Below are positions 9,099 through 18,657 of a stretch of 54,767 nt of DNA, one piece after another. The notes under the pieces are model-generated. The model ran no database searches, was not told the DNA's origin, and worked only from the letters and a program-made list of their open reading frames with translations. The position numbers were made by a program, and so were the translations under genes. Each line of letters opens with the position of its first letter. The stretch's first letter is position 1. The DNA is taken from positions 1 to 54,767 of IMG/VR virus record IMGVR_UViG_3300020042_011315. One strand, 5' to 3'. The stretch is from a virus (lineage: Duplodnaviria > Caudoviricetes).

Positions 9099-9304
9099 CT
9101 AAACCCACTCCAGTCCAAATCTGGACGAAGTGCTTCTGGGCCAATGTTGAGTCCCTTTTCTTTCGCCATTCGTAATAAGCTGGGTATCCGGTCCATTGGA
9201 ATCCCGCGGCTTTTCCAGCCGGAAATAGCTTGGGGCTTGACCCCCAAACGCCGACCAATTAGGCTCGGGCCGCCCAGTTTTGAAAGAATTTGGTGCTCAG
9301 TCAT
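9095..9304 (-). CDS. cro: Cro-like HTH regulator
   Basis: LGGPSLIGRRLGVKPQAISGWKSRGIP...LRPDLDW (YdaS/Cro-type); divergent from the repressor gene. Confidence 0.8.
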   Translation of the reverse strand: MTEHQILSKLGGPSLIGRRLGVKPQAISGWKSRGIPMDRIPSLLRMAKEKGLNIGPEALRPDLDWSGFR

Positions 9305-9417
9305 GCCCTTAACTTTAGTGGATTTACAACAAATATTCAAATATTTACGGCAAAAAACACTTTACAGTACTTTTCACGACTTATACTTCTACTCTATTCC
9401 ACTTTTACAGACAACTG

Positions 9418-10671
9418 ATGCCTAAGTTAATCAATCTGGCAGGGAAAATCAAAGACACTAGGAAGCGACTGGGGATGACTCAAAAACAATTTATTTTTGA
9501 AGTCAGCAATAAGCTTTACCTGAGCACAACATTGAACGAGTCACTTGCCTCTCAGTGGGAATCAAACCTTAAAAACCGGGCTAAGCCCACCGATGAACAG
9601 CTTGCTGCAATCGCACAACTAACAAGCCGGCCATGGGAAACAATGTGGTGGTTTATGCGGGACGACATTGACCAAAAACGCGGGTACGAGCTTTACCCAA
9701 ATGGTAAATTCACCATAGCACCCCCCGACCTTACTCCTGATCAAGAAGAAGAACTCCTCGCTCAATTAGCTGCCGAGAATCGAGCTGCGTACAGCGAACC
9801 AATCGCCAAAGAATTAACCTGTTGGTTGAAAGAACCAAGCACAATGTGGTCGCTTTACCACCCACCAGAACCAAAACCCATAGTCCCTGTGGAAAGGGCT
9901 TTGGGCATCGCGGGTCTGCTCCCTGGCACTCCATGCAAACATTGCGGATATAAAAATCAACAAATTGCAATTGCTTGTGGCAGTTGCGGCGCCGCAATCG
10001 ACGCAACAGGCATTCGTGGCGGGCTTCTTTCAGACACCAAACCTACCAACGATCAGGGGTCAAGTGATTCTTTAGAAAAAGCCGTTAGCGACTTAAACAA
10101 AGATCAAAAAACGCTTTTAAAACGTGGCGGCTTAGTTGTTTCACGCGGCCCAGTGGCTAGTGAATTTGTGGAATTCCCAGCTTTACCTCCTTCACGACCA
10201 CAAACAAGTGAGCATGATTTTTCAGTGGATGCTGAATTAGAAAATATTAAAAATTTTTGGTCAGCAATAAAGTTTTTTGCAAACAACGATCATTACTTAT
10301 CTACAGAGCACTTTAACCAAAGAATTCAAACGGGCGCACTATCCCAGTACGTACACTTCTTTGATGGTGACCGAGCAATACAGGTTGTAAGTATTGACCG
10401 AACCAGCGAGATACGAAAACTCCGAAAAACATTGCAAACCAGAATGATGGAGCTTTGCTTCATTGATAGGATGAAAAAAAGGACCTCCAAGAAACTGATC
10501 CTGGTGAGCACCTATGAAAAAGGTTTAAAGCTACACCGCTTAGAAGAGCACCTCGCTGAATTGATCCACAGCTCAGAACTTTTAGGGGTTCAAGTTCAGT
10601 TTGCCAGCGGGCCACTTGAGGTAGCTGAGAAAATTGCGTCGTTCGGGACGCAAAAGGCATCTGAAGAATAA
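9418..10671 (+). CDS. CI-like XRE repressor with central zinc ribbon and uncharacterised C-terminal domain
   Basis: IKDTRKRLGMTQKQF...ASQWE HTH; CKHC-x10-CGSC; position opposite cro. Confidence 0.7.
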   Translation: MPKLINLAGKIKDTRKRLGMTQKQFIFEVSNKLYLSTTLNESLASQWESNLKNRAKPTDEQLAAIAQLTSRPWETMWWFMRDDIDQKRGYELYPNGKFTIAPPDLTPDQEEELLAQLAAENRAAYSEPIAKELTCWLKEPSTMWSLYHPPEPKPIVPVERALGIAGLLPGTPCKHCGYKNQQIAIACGSCGAAIDATGIRGGLLSDTKPTNDQGSSDSLEKAVSDLNKDQKTLLKRGGLVVSRGPVASEFVEFPALPPSRPQTSEHDFSVDAELENIKNFWSAIKFFANNDHYLSTEHFNQRIQTGALSQYVHFFDGDRAIQVVSIDRTSEIRKLRKTLQTRMMELCFIDRMKKRTSKKLILVSTYEKGLKLHRLEEHLAELIHSSELLGVQVQFASGPLEVAEKIASFGTQKASEE

Positions 10672-10694
10672 ACACCCGTTTAAACAAACTACAG

Positions 10695-10721
10695 CCCACG
10701 GCGAAAACCGTGGGTTTTTTT
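10695..10721 (+). terminator. Rho-independent terminator after the repressor gene
   Basis: CCCACGG-cgaaaa-CCGTGGG followed by T7. Confidence 0.85.
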
Positions 10722-10778
10722 ACGTCCTTTTGTATTCAAAATAGGGTAAAAAAACATAAATACCCTACCTGTAGCGTG

Positions 10779-10806
10779 TTGTAAGCAAATATTTCGGCTG
10801 TAGAAT
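10779..10806 (+). promoter_or_regulatory. Putative early promoter (pL-like)
   Basis: TTGTAA-N16-TAGAAT upstream of the rightward replication operon. Confidence 0.45.
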
Positions 10807-10912
10807 TTCTACTGTGGTGCCGTTAACAGTAGTAACAGTAGAGAGTCTCTGACCTAACGAATCCGCCGCCACGTAACTGGCGCAAGCCGAAAACTTTAAC
10901 ACAGGAGAAACC

Positions 10913-11197
10913 GTGAATACCATATCGATCCAAATCCAACCCCAGCATACAGCCGAGCTTCTTGCCCTGCTGCAGCGCTGGAATAGCGCTGCCCCAGTCT
11001 CCACTGAGGTCAGCAGCCCCGCTCCTAGTGAGCCGACCATATCCCTTGAAACCATTCGCCAAGAACTAACCAAGGTTAGCCAGGCCGGCAAGGCCAGCCA
11101 AGTCAAACAACTCTTGACTGAATTCGGGGCACGCAACGTCAAAGAAATCAAGCCTGCAGATTTTGCAGCCGTTCTTGAAAAAGCTGGAGCACTGTAA
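10913..11197 (+). CDS. Conserved phage protein (usually found upstream of DUF2800)
   Basis: AGGAG RBS; C-terminal ISLETIRQEL...VKQLLTEFGA..VKEI...F motif. Confidence 0.8.
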   Translation: MNTISIQIQPQHTAELLALLQRWNSAAPVSTEVSSPAPSEPTISLETIRQELTKVSQAGKASQVKQLLTEFGARNVKEIKPADFAAVLEKAGAL

Positions 11198-11400
11198 TGA
11201 CTATTGCCCGCATTCAAATTCAAGACACACCAACTGGTGTCCGTTTCGCCGGTCAACTGGATTACCCATCAAGCCAGCACACCTCACCTGCTGAACAAAT
11301 CGCTGCTTACCTAGCAGCAAACCAAGAAGCTATTGCCCGTCAATCGTGGCAATGGTTCGCCGCTCAAAACGTCGCTTTTAAAACCGTAAATCAGGAGTAA
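11197..11400 (+). CDS. Hypothetical phage protein
   Basis: Translationally coupled ORF (TAATG). Confidence 0.65.
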   Translation: MTIARIQIQDTPTGVRFAGQLDYPSSQHTSPAEQIAAYLAANQEAIARQSWQWFAAQNVAFKTVNQE

Positions 11401-11403
11401 CCC

Positions 11404-11793
11404 ATGACACCACAAGAAATCGTGACCCAAGCAAATGAAATTGCAATCTCAACTTTGAAAAAAACTGGCTGCACTTACAAAATCGTTGACCGCTTCGGTG
11501 GTGTGCATTTAAGTAAATCTGCGATCACTCGTCCTAAGGTCTATGACTGGTCAGATTTAAAAATTTCAGAACGAGTTCGAGCAGCTTCACCAGGAGATCA
11601 AATTGTTTTAGAAGCCAAGGGCCGACCACTTAAAGGTTTAAGTTCAGTCGCAAGCGGTAAGACAAACAAAGTTCTTGGTAACGGCAAACACCGCGTCACT
11701 CAGGATCAGTCAACTCAAACCGTAACTATTACTGTTTTGGGTAAGCGCGAAATCGCAGGTCTTGATAAAGCATTGGCCGAATTGGAAATGTGA
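11404..11793 (+). CDS. Hypothetical phage protein
   Basis: AGGAG RBS; 129-aa ORF. Confidence 0.7.
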   Translation: MTPQEIVTQANEIAISTLKKTGCTYKIVDRFGGVHLSKSAITRPKVYDWSDLKISERVRAASPGDQIVLEAKGRPLKGLSSVASGKTNKVLGNGKHRVTQDQSTQTVTITVLGKREIAGLDKALAELEM

Positions 11794-11872
11794 CGTGCGA
11801 AAAAAATCCCTGACCAATCGAATTGCTGGATCAATGCCTCAAATCTTTAAATCAATGGAAGGAGTGTCGGCA

Positions 11873-12109
11873 GTGACTGACCGTGATCTATTCGCGCTTG
11901 CAGCAATGCATGCGTTTTTAACTAATTCAACTTGTTTGAACTATGTCGATGATAAATATGGACAGTGCTTCATGCTTGCTGTTGAGCAAGGTCAAGGTAC
12001 AAAAATTGGTTTAGAAGATGGGGCTGGGGAAGAGTACCACTGGAGCCGTTATTGGGCTGACCAGGCATATCAGATGGCAGATGAAATGGTAAGGCAGGGC
12101 AAGCTATGA
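11873..12109 (+). CDS. Hypothetical phage protein (RD.FA..AM...AY..AD.M family)
   Basis: GGAG RBS before the GTG at 11873; motif DRDLFALAAM...AYQMADEM is common in phages. Confidence 0.7.
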   Translation: MTDRDLFALAAMHAFLTNSTCLNYVDDKYGQCFMLAVEQGQGTKIGLEDGAGEEYHWSRYWADQAYQMADEMVRQGKL

Positions 12110-13251
12110 GCGCTCACGCCAAACTCTCTGCCTCTGGTTCTGATCGCTGGAAAAACTGCACTCGGAGCATTGCATTCGAGGCGCAGTTCCCAGAGTCACC
12201 AAACACTTCGCACTCTGAGCGTGGAAGTTTTGGACATTGCATTTTTGAAAATGAACTTAACACCTATTTAGGTCAAAAAGTAAAAGACTTGCCTCAGGAG
12301 CTGCTGCATTACGACACACCAGAGCTACGTGAGCAAGTAAAAGTTGCGGTTCAATTTTGTATTGAGCTTATAAAGAAAGTTCAAGCGGAAACAAGTTCTG
12401 CAACCGTATCAGTTGAACAAAGAGTTGATTTTTCAAGATGGGTACCCGAAGGGTTTGGTACTGCTGATTTGCTAATCATTGCAGATGGCACAGCCTATGT
12501 TATTGATCTAAAACTTGGACAAGGTATACGCGTTGTTGCTCAGGACAATAGCCAGTTAAGGCTTTATAGCGTTGGTGTTTTAAATACCTTTGGCAGCCTT
12601 TTTGAAATTGATCAAATCGAAATGATCATTGTCCAGCCGCCCCTGAATAACATCAGCCGCGAAACATTAAGGACCCAAGAGCTTCTCACATGGGTTGAAA
12701 CCGAAATTGAACCTAAAGCAAAACTGGCTTGGGCCGGTGAAGGTGAGTTCGTACCAGGCGACCATTGTCGGTGGTGCAAAGGTAAGGCTCAGTGCCCTAC
12801 CCGCAATGAATCAAATCTCGCAATAGTTCGACATGATTTTGCAGAACCCGCATCAATGAGCGATTCTGATATCGCTGAGGTACTTACCAAGGCACAACAA
12901 CTTTACGGTTGGGTTCGTGACTTGGAAGATTTCGCTTACTTACAAGCAATGGCCGGACGCAAATGGCCAGGCTTCAAGTTAGTCGAGGCCCGTGGCAGTC
13001 GCAAATTTACAGACGTAACAGCTGCTGCACAAGCGCTTATTGATGCTGGCATTTCTGAAAGTGAAGTGTTTGAGCGCAACTTGCGTTCACTCACTGGACT
13101 TGAGTCAAAGCTAGGCAAGAACAAGTTTGCCCAAATCCTTGGCGACCTGGTCGCTAAGTCTCCCGGCAAACCAACTCTCGTGACCGTTGAAGACAAACGG
13201 CCCGAGTTTCATCCACTCGCAGCTGCCGCTGCGGATTTTTCAAATAGCTAA
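12106..13251 (+). CDS. DUF2800 Cas4-like PD-(D/E)xK exonuclease
   Basis: HAKLSASGSDRWKNC, FGTAD, VIDLKLG, QLRLY, GDHCRWCK...C motifs. Confidence 0.9.
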   Translation: MSAHAKLSASGSDRWKNCTRSIAFEAQFPESPNTSHSERGSFGHCIFENELNTYLGQKVKDLPQELLHYDTPELREQVKVAVQFCIELIKKVQAETSSATVSVEQRVDFSRWVPEGFGTADLLIIADGTAYVIDLKLGQGIRVVAQDNSQLRLYSVGVLNTFGSLFEIDQIEMIIVQPPLNNISRETLRTQELLTWVETEIEPKAKLAWAGEGEFVPGDHCRWCKGKAQCPTRNESNLAIVRHDFAEPASMSDSDIAEVLTKAQQLYGWVRDLEDFAYLQAMAGRKWPGFKLVEARGSRKFTDVTAAAQALIDAGISESEVFERNLRSLTGLESKLGKNKFAQILGDLVAKSPGKPTLVTVEDKRPEFHPLAAAAADFSNS

Positions 13252-13263
13252 ACCGAGAAATAT

Positions 13264-13815
13264 ATGACCAAAACCGAAAAACCTTTGAACACCAAAGTTG
13301 TGACAGGCAAAGTCCGATTGAGTTACGCCCACATCTGGGAACCACACAGCTCGACACCAGAGCAAGAACCAAGGTATTCCAGTGCAATCTTGATTCCTAA
13401 GACCGACACCGTTACGTTGAAGAAAATTAACGACGCAATTGATGCCGCCAAAGAGCAAGGCAAATTGAAATGGGGCGGGAAAATTCCTGCCGGTATTAAA
13501 TTACCTCTGCGCGATGGCGATGTTGAGAAAGATGATCCGGCTTACAAGGGGCACTACTTTTTTAATGCCAATAGCAAATCAAAACCAAACATTGTTGACA
13601 GCAATACAAATGCCATCCTCGATAAAAGCGAAGTATACAGCGGTTGCTATGTGCGTGTATCAGTGAACTTTTACCCATTCAACGCAAACTCAACAAGCAA
13701 AGGCGTTGCGGTTGGTCTCAACTCAATACAGAAGCTTGAAGACGGCGAACCGTTCAGCGGCCGAAGTTCTGCTGCGGCTGACTTCACTGAACCAGTTGAA
13801 GACTTCCTTGCTTAA
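13264..13815 (+). CDS. DUF2815 single-stranded DNA-binding protein
   Basis: VRLSYAHIWEP, PLRDGD, VYSGCY, GLNSIQKLEDGEP and an acidic C-terminus. Confidence 0.9.
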   Translation: MTKTEKPLNTKVVTGKVRLSYAHIWEPHSSTPEQEPRYSSAILIPKTDTVTLKKINDAIDAAKEQGKLKWGGKIPAGIKLPLRDGDVEKDDPAYKGHYFFNANSKSKPNIVDSNTNAILDKSEVYSGCYVRVSVNFYPFNANSTSKGVAVGLNSIQKLEDGEPFSGRSSAAADFTEPVEDFLA

Positions 13816-14171
13816 TGGCAGAAGTGATGGCGTTTGTTGGGCTGTACCCTGCCCTCTTTTCTGAGGAAGCGGAATGGTTCGAGTTGAACTGGCATGTTGT
13901 GCAAGCGTTTGAAGCGGTCACCCTAGGGTTGATTAAGCAAGGACGCAAGCACTATTCATCCAGAACAATTTTGGAAGTTCTTCGGCACGAATCGCTATTG
14001 CGTGGTGCCGGAGACAACTTTAAGTTGAACAACAACCATGCGCCTGATCTCGCAAGAGCTTTTGTGATTCTCTATCCCGATCAAATTGATTTTTGGGAAT
14101 ATCGACGAGACAACCATCACGAGTTTAAGCAAGCAATTGCTGACTTATCAAATTTAACTTTTTTGGAATGA
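13815..14171 (+). CDS. Conserved hypothetical phage protein
   Basis: GRKHYSSRTILEVLRH...FKLNNNH motif; translationally coupled. Confidence 0.75.
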   Translation: MAEVMAFVGLYPALFSEEAEWFELNWHVVQAFEAVTLGLIKQGRKHYSSRTILEVLRHESLLRGAGDNFKLNNNHAPDLARAFVILYPDQIDFWEYRRDNHHEFKQAIADLSNLTFLE

Positions 14172-14356
14172 CCATGAACTTTATCAATATTCAATTTACT
14201 TTACCTGGCGCTGAGCTGATGATTTCTGCCCTTCGAAAGTTACCGCATGAAACAGTTGATCCACTCCTGCATGAGGTAGTAATGCAATACAAAAGTGAAG
14301 TTGAGCGTTTACAGAAACAAGTTTCTGTAGATACAGCAGATGTTGTAGATGCTTAA
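14168..14356 (+). CDS. Hypothetical phage protein
   Basis: Coupled 62-aa ORF (ATGA overlap). Confidence 0.6.
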   Translation: MTMNFINIQFTLPGAELMISALRKLPHETVDPLLHEVVMQYKSEVERLQKQVSVDTADVVDA

Positions 14357-14358
14357 GT

Positions 14359-14442
14359 ATGACAACCGAGGAGCTGTGGATTTTGGTACGTCATTACGAA
14401 CACCTGATCGCAGTTCTTCTTAAACAAATTGAAGAGGCATAA
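14359..14442 (+). CDS. 27-aa micro-protein MTTEELWILVRHYEHLIAVLLKQIEEA
   Basis: Fills the gap between neighbouring genes exactly; below the ORF-track size cut-off. Confidence 0.4.
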   Translation: MTTEELWILVRHYEHLIAVLLKQIEEA

Positions 14443-14444
14443 AT

Positions 14445-14774
14445 ATGAATACACATCCAAACGGACGTGAGTTAGCGGCTGAAGGTGCAAGCGTGGCTGC
14501 AGATCATGCAGATGACGAATACGGTTTCTGGTCTATCTATGCAGAAGAGTACTTTCGTCGATTCATCAAAGAAAAACCAAATTGCACATTTATGACTGAA
14601 CAAGTGCGCGAATTTGCTGAGCGCGACGGCTTTGAACCGCCACCAGACAAACGTGCATGGGGATCGGTTGCTGCCAACATGTCGCGTTGCGGCGTAATTA
14701 AGAAACTTGGCTATAGCCAGAGCACGATACCTTCTCACCACGCTGGTATCAAAACATTGTGGACACAACCTTGA
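14445..14774 (+). CDS. Conserved hypothetical phage protein
   Basis: GAGG RBS; F-x-TEQVR...PP.DKRAWG...H....LW motif. Confidence 0.75.
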   Translation: MNTHPNGRELAAEGASVAADHADDEYGFWSIYAEEYFRRFIKEKPNCTFMTEQVREFAERDGFEPPPDKRAWGSVAANMSRCGVIKKLGYSQSTIPSHHAGIKTLWTQP

Positions 14775-16741
14775 AAACACTACGCGTTGATATTGAAACC
14801 TATAGCAGTGAAGATCTGCGTAAATGTGGTGTCTACCGTTACGCCGAAGCGCATGACTTTGAAATCTTGCTATTTGGCTACGCATACGATGACGGCCCAG
14901 TTCACATCATTGACTTTGCAAGCGGTGAGTCAATGCCTCCTGAACTGATGGCCGATCTAAATAATCCAGATGTAATCAAAACAGCTTTTAATGCGGCATT
15001 TGAGATTGCCTGCCTTAACGCACATTTCTTTATAACGTTGGATGCTAAGCAATGGCGCTGTACAAGTGTTCACGCATTAACACTTGGCTTGCCTGGAAGC
15101 CTGGCTGAGGTTGGAGCAGTTGTACAACTCCCCAAAGACCATCAAAAAATGATGGGCTGGACACTCATTAAATACTTCTGTATGCCGTGCCTTCCAACAA
15201 AAGCCAATAACGAGCGTACCCGGAATTTACCTAACCATGCGCCTGAGAAGTGGAAAGAATTTAAAGCGTATTGCGTTGGTGATGTGCTTGCTGAAAGATT
15301 TGTTGCTCTAAAGCTGGATCTCTTCCCCGTACCTGAGCGTGAGCAAGACCTATGGGTTCTGGATCAACGAATGAACTCGACGGGAGTTTTAGTTGACAAA
15401 GCATTTATTGAAAACGCTATTGCGATTGGCAGCAATGTTAAGGAAAGCCAATTGGCGCAGGCGACAGCGTTGACTGGGCTTGATAACCCAAACAGTCGCA
15501 ACCAACTATTAGCTTGGTTGCAATTGACTGAAGAAGGAGTTACGGATTTAACAAAAAAATCAATCCCAGGAATCTTGGAAAAAACTGACAGCCACATCGT
15601 AAAAGAAGTGCTCGAGTTGCGTCAGGAGCTTGCGAAAACCAGCGTGACCAAGTACGACGCAATGCTCAGGTGTGTGTGCTCTGACGGCCGCATCAAGGGG
15701 CTTACAAGGTTCTATGGAGCGAACCGAACTGGCCGTTGGGCTGGACAACTTGTACAGGTCCAAAACCTGCCACAGAACCACCTACGCGACCTCGATGCTG
15801 CCAGACAGCTAGTCCAGCAGGGTGACCTTGAAACCTTACAGATGATGTTTGGCAACGTACCAGACACCCTATCTCAGCTCGTTCGGACTGCGTTCGTCGG
15901 CCCATTTATTGTGGTTGATTTCAATGCCATTGAAGCTCGGGTTCTGGCTTGGATGTCCAACTGCCAATGGCGAATGGATGTATTCAATACACATATGAAA
16001 ATCTACGAAGCCTCGGCTGAGCAGATGTTTAAGCTGCGCCCTGGCAGCGTGGACAAAAAGTCACCGTATCGGCAAAAAGGCAAGATCGCTGAGTTGGCGC
16101 TGGGCTATGGCGGTGGAGCTGGGGCACTAAAAACTATGGGTGCACTGGAGATGGGGCTCACAGAAGATGAGCTAGAACCCATCAAAGTTGCTTGGCGAAA
16201 AGCTAATCCAGAAATTGTGCAGTTTTGGTACGCGTGTGAAGGCGCAGTAAAACGGGCAATCATTGAGCGCAAAACTCAAACCCTAATCATTGGCCAAAGT
16301 TCTGAACTCAAATTCAGTTATGAGTCTGGATTTCTTTTTATTGAACTGCCAAGCAAAAGGCGACTTGCCTATGTAAAGCCACGCATTGAGAAAGAAGACT
16401 TGGTCAAGGATGGCTATACGGTTGCCAGGACAGACTCAATTACCTACGAAGGCAATGACCAGAAGACCAAGAAATGGTCACGCATTGGCACCTACGGTGG
16501 CAAGCTTTGCGAAAACATCACCCAAGCAGTGGCAAGAGATTGCTTACGTGAAGCGATGTTTGCGGTCTCAGATGCTGGGTATCAGATGGTGATGACGGTG
16601 CACGACGAGATCGTCATCGAGACTGAAACAGGGCTTGAAGCTATTACTGAAATTATGTCGCGCCCTATTGGCTGGGCTTTAGGTCTACCTCTTAAAGCTG
16701 ATGGTTTTGCCACGCCTTATTACTGCAAGGAAATTACATGA
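14771..16741 (+). CDS. Family A DNA polymerase with 3'-5' exonuclease
   Basis: DIETYS (ExoI), AFNAAFE, RTGRWAG, DFNAIEARV (motif A), RQKGKIAELALGYG (motif B), TVHDEIV (motif C). TTG start overlaps the upstream stop. Confidence 0.95.
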   Translation: MKTLRVDIETYSSEDLRKCGVYRYAEAHDFEILLFGYAYDDGPVHIIDFASGESMPPELMADLNNPDVIKTAFNAAFEIACLNAHFFITLDAKQWRCTSVHALTLGLPGSLAEVGAVVQLPKDHQKMMGWTLIKYFCMPCLPTKANNERTRNLPNHAPEKWKEFKAYCVGDVLAERFVALKLDLFPVPEREQDLWVLDQRMNSTGVLVDKAFIENAIAIGSNVKESQLAQATALTGLDNPNSRNQLLAWLQLTEEGVTDLTKKSIPGILEKTDSHIVKEVLELRQELAKTSVTKYDAMLRCVCSDGRIKGLTRFYGANRTGRWAGQLVQVQNLPQNHLRDLDAARQLVQQGDLETLQMMFGNVPDTLSQLVRTAFVGPFIVVDFNAIEARVLAWMSNCQWRMDVFNTHMKIYEASAEQMFKLRPGSVDKKSPYRQKGKIAELALGYGGGAGALKTMGALEMGLTEDELEPIKVAWRKANPEIVQFWYACEGAVKRAIIERKTQTLIIGQSSELKFSYESGFLFIELPSKRRLAYVKPRIEKEDLVKDGYTVARTDSITYEGNDQKTKKWSRIGTYGGKLCENITQAVARDCLREAMFAVSDAGYQMVMTVHDEIVIETETGLEAITEIMSRPIGWALGLPLKADGFATPYYCKEIT

Positions 16742-16935
16742 CCGCTGACCCCAAACTCGTAGGCCCAGAGTATTTGGCTAATCTACTTCACAAAACAGTG
16801 GCAACTATTCGAGCTGACGCACAGCGTCGCCCGCAGAGCCTGCCGCCAAGAATGCGCATTCCAGAATCAAGAAAGCTTTTGTGGCTTGAAGAGGATGTAC
16901 TGAAATGGCTGGATAAACACCGCACCCGTGGCTAG
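16738..16935 (+). CDS. Excisionase/AlpA-like winged-helix protein
   Basis: LANLLHKTVATIR...LPP...LLWLEEDVLKWL; adjacent to the integrase. Confidence 0.7.
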   Translation: MTADPKLVGPEYLANLLHKTVATIRADAQRRPQSLPPRMRIPESRKLLWLEEDVLKWLDKHRTRG

Positions 16936-16956
16936 AATAATTACTAGGAGACAGCC

Positions 16957-17136
16957 ATGGCGATGAAATGCCCAAAATGTGGTGCGGATTCAGATGTACA
17001 GGAAACCAGAACGTGGTCGTCTGGTAACGTGGCTAGACGAACTTATAAATGCTACGGTTGTCCTAAGACAAAAGAAGTCCATCGGTTTAATACCCATGAG
17101 CGAATCGCACCGGATCGAAAAAAATCTGAATCTTGA
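16957..17136 (+). CDS. NrdR/Ogr-like zinc-ribbon protein (59 aa)
   Basis: AGGAG RBS; MAMKCPKCG...ETR...RRTYKCYGC...HRFNTHE. Not in the ORF track. Confidence 0.7.
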   Translation: MAMKCPKCGADSDVQETRTWSSGNVARRTYKCYGCPKTKEVHRFNTHERIAPDRKKSES

Positions 17137-17177
17137 AGATGATTGCGCTAGACGCATGGCCTAGCTCCTTCAAATTA

Positions 17178-18212
17178 CTAAGCGTCCAACCTAGCAGCCA
17201 TCTCTAAAGTGGTCGGGTTGTAATATCGTTGCAATGACTTTAACGACCGGTGGCCAGTCATAGCAGCAAGCTCCAACACATTTGGAAACTTCTGTGACAA
17301 GCGAGTTGCCGCTTCATGGCGCATATCGTGAAATCGCAAGTTATCTGATAGGCCAGCAGCCTTTCTTACTTCTCGGAAATAAACACCAAGGCTACCAACT
17401 GGAGGAAATATTTTCTCACCTGGGTCGCGTTCTGCAGTTAGCAGCTCAAAATATTCCATTGCATTTTTTGAAAGCGGCACCTTGCGAGGATCACCGTTTT
17501 TTGTTCTTGCTAAATAGACCATACGTTGGTCAGGATGAAAGTCTGATACTTTTAATTTGCAAATTTCGCCAACCCTCATTGCAGTCTCGACAGCCACCAG
17601 TAATGCCCAGCCAACGTAATCTTTAGTTTTTGCCGGTCGAACGTCTGACTTAAAGCCTGACGCCTTAAGCATCTTTTGAATGTCTTTCTCAGTCCAGCGA
17701 ATTTCGCGACGAACATCTGAATCTTTTGGTCGAACTTCTGCAACGACCGGATTTTGGATTGAAATCCTTTTGGTTTTGATTGCTTGAGTAAAAACAGATG
17801 AAATGGTTGTTAGCTCCCGTGTAACAGAAGCCGGCTGTATTTCACGCAACCTACGTTCTGTCCACTCCTCGATGTCAGCCGGTCTTATTTGATTGACGCG
17901 CCTGTTCATAAACTCAGCCGTAGACAACAACCGTTTAGCCGTATTACGTTCGCCTTTGTTTGGGTCTTCTTCGCCCTTTTTGGGTTTGGCCGGAATTACT
18001 TTGTCGATGTGGTTTTGAAATAGCTCAGCAACAGTAAGCCCTTTACCAAGCGACGGGTCAAGGCTCTCGCCCTTTGACATTTTTGTTTCTTGCTCTCTAG
18101 CCCACTTTTCAGCTTCACTTTTTTTCTCAAAGATATCTGAGATGGGTGCGTGCCCAACTTTAATGATTCGGCAACGCCATTTGCCTTTGCCGTATTTTGT
18201 GATCGATGCCAT
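17178..18212 (-). CDS. int: Tyrosine recombinase / phage integrase (Rci/HP1-like)
   Basis: TAMRVGE (R), TKNG (K), FHDMRH (HxxR), TGH, QRYY (Y). Confidence 0.95.
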   Translation of the reverse strand: MASITKYGKGKWRCRIIKVGHAPISDIFEKKSEAEKWAREQETKMSKGESLDPSLGKGLTVAELFQNHIDKVIPAKPKKGEEDPNKGERNTAKRLLSTAEFMNRRVNQIRPADIEEWTERRLREIQPASVTRELTTISSVFTQAIKTKRISIQNPVVAEVRPKDSDVRREIRWTEKDIQKMLKASGFKSDVRPAKTKDYVGWALLVAVETAMRVGEICKLKVSDFHPDQRMVYLARTKNGDPRKVPLSKNAMEYFELLTAERDPGEKIFPPVGSLGVYFREVRKAAGLSDNLRFHDMRHEAATRLSQKFPNVLELAAMTGHRSLKSLQRYYNPTTLEMAARLDA

Positions 18213-18248
18213 AATTCGGATCCTTTCCTGTTGTCAATAAAGGAAAGT

Positions 18249-18469
18249 TTGACAGAATCTTGACAAAAAACAAGGGATCTATAGGCAGAATGCGGGCTAC
18301 AGCCGGTTATCTGACTCCAGGTCGAGGAGCCAGATGGCATTTTTAGTCACTGGGAAAAATGGAAAAGTTGTTATATATCAACAACTTAACGATACTTAAC
18401 AAAACTCCATTAGACCCCATTAGACCCCGGCACTTGACAAAATCTTGACAAAATTAATCTTGACAAAAT
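18249..18469 (+). other. attP: left arm, tRNA-Asn-like 3' core, IHF site, Xis-like repeats, right arm
   Basis: Core GACTCCAGGTCGAGGAGCCA (18313-18332); CTTGACAAAA-type arm repeats at 18249-18271 and three copies at 18433-18469; exact IHF consensus TATCAACAACTTA (18376-18388); CCATTAGACC x2 (18407-18426). Confidence 0.85.
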
Positions 18470-18657
18470 TTTTGCAAGCGTTGTTTTAATGCATTTCATA
18501 GCCCCAACTGCTATTGAACACCTAGTTGGAAATGTTTTACCGAATTTATGGTTAGCTGAGATTGCGGGTACGTGGGTTTAGCTGGCAGTTCGAGACGAAT
18601 AAATTTAAACGTTTTTGAGGCATACACTTCGCCAAACAAACTAAAAGAGATCAAAAC

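Noticed and set aside
16979-17164. 61-aa ORF from the track
   Set aside because: Shadow frame of the zinc-ribbon gene at 16957-17136, which has the RBS and the motif.
18313-18332. tRNA gene
   Set aside because: Only the 3' ~20 nt are present, with no D or anticodon arm; interpreted as the att core.
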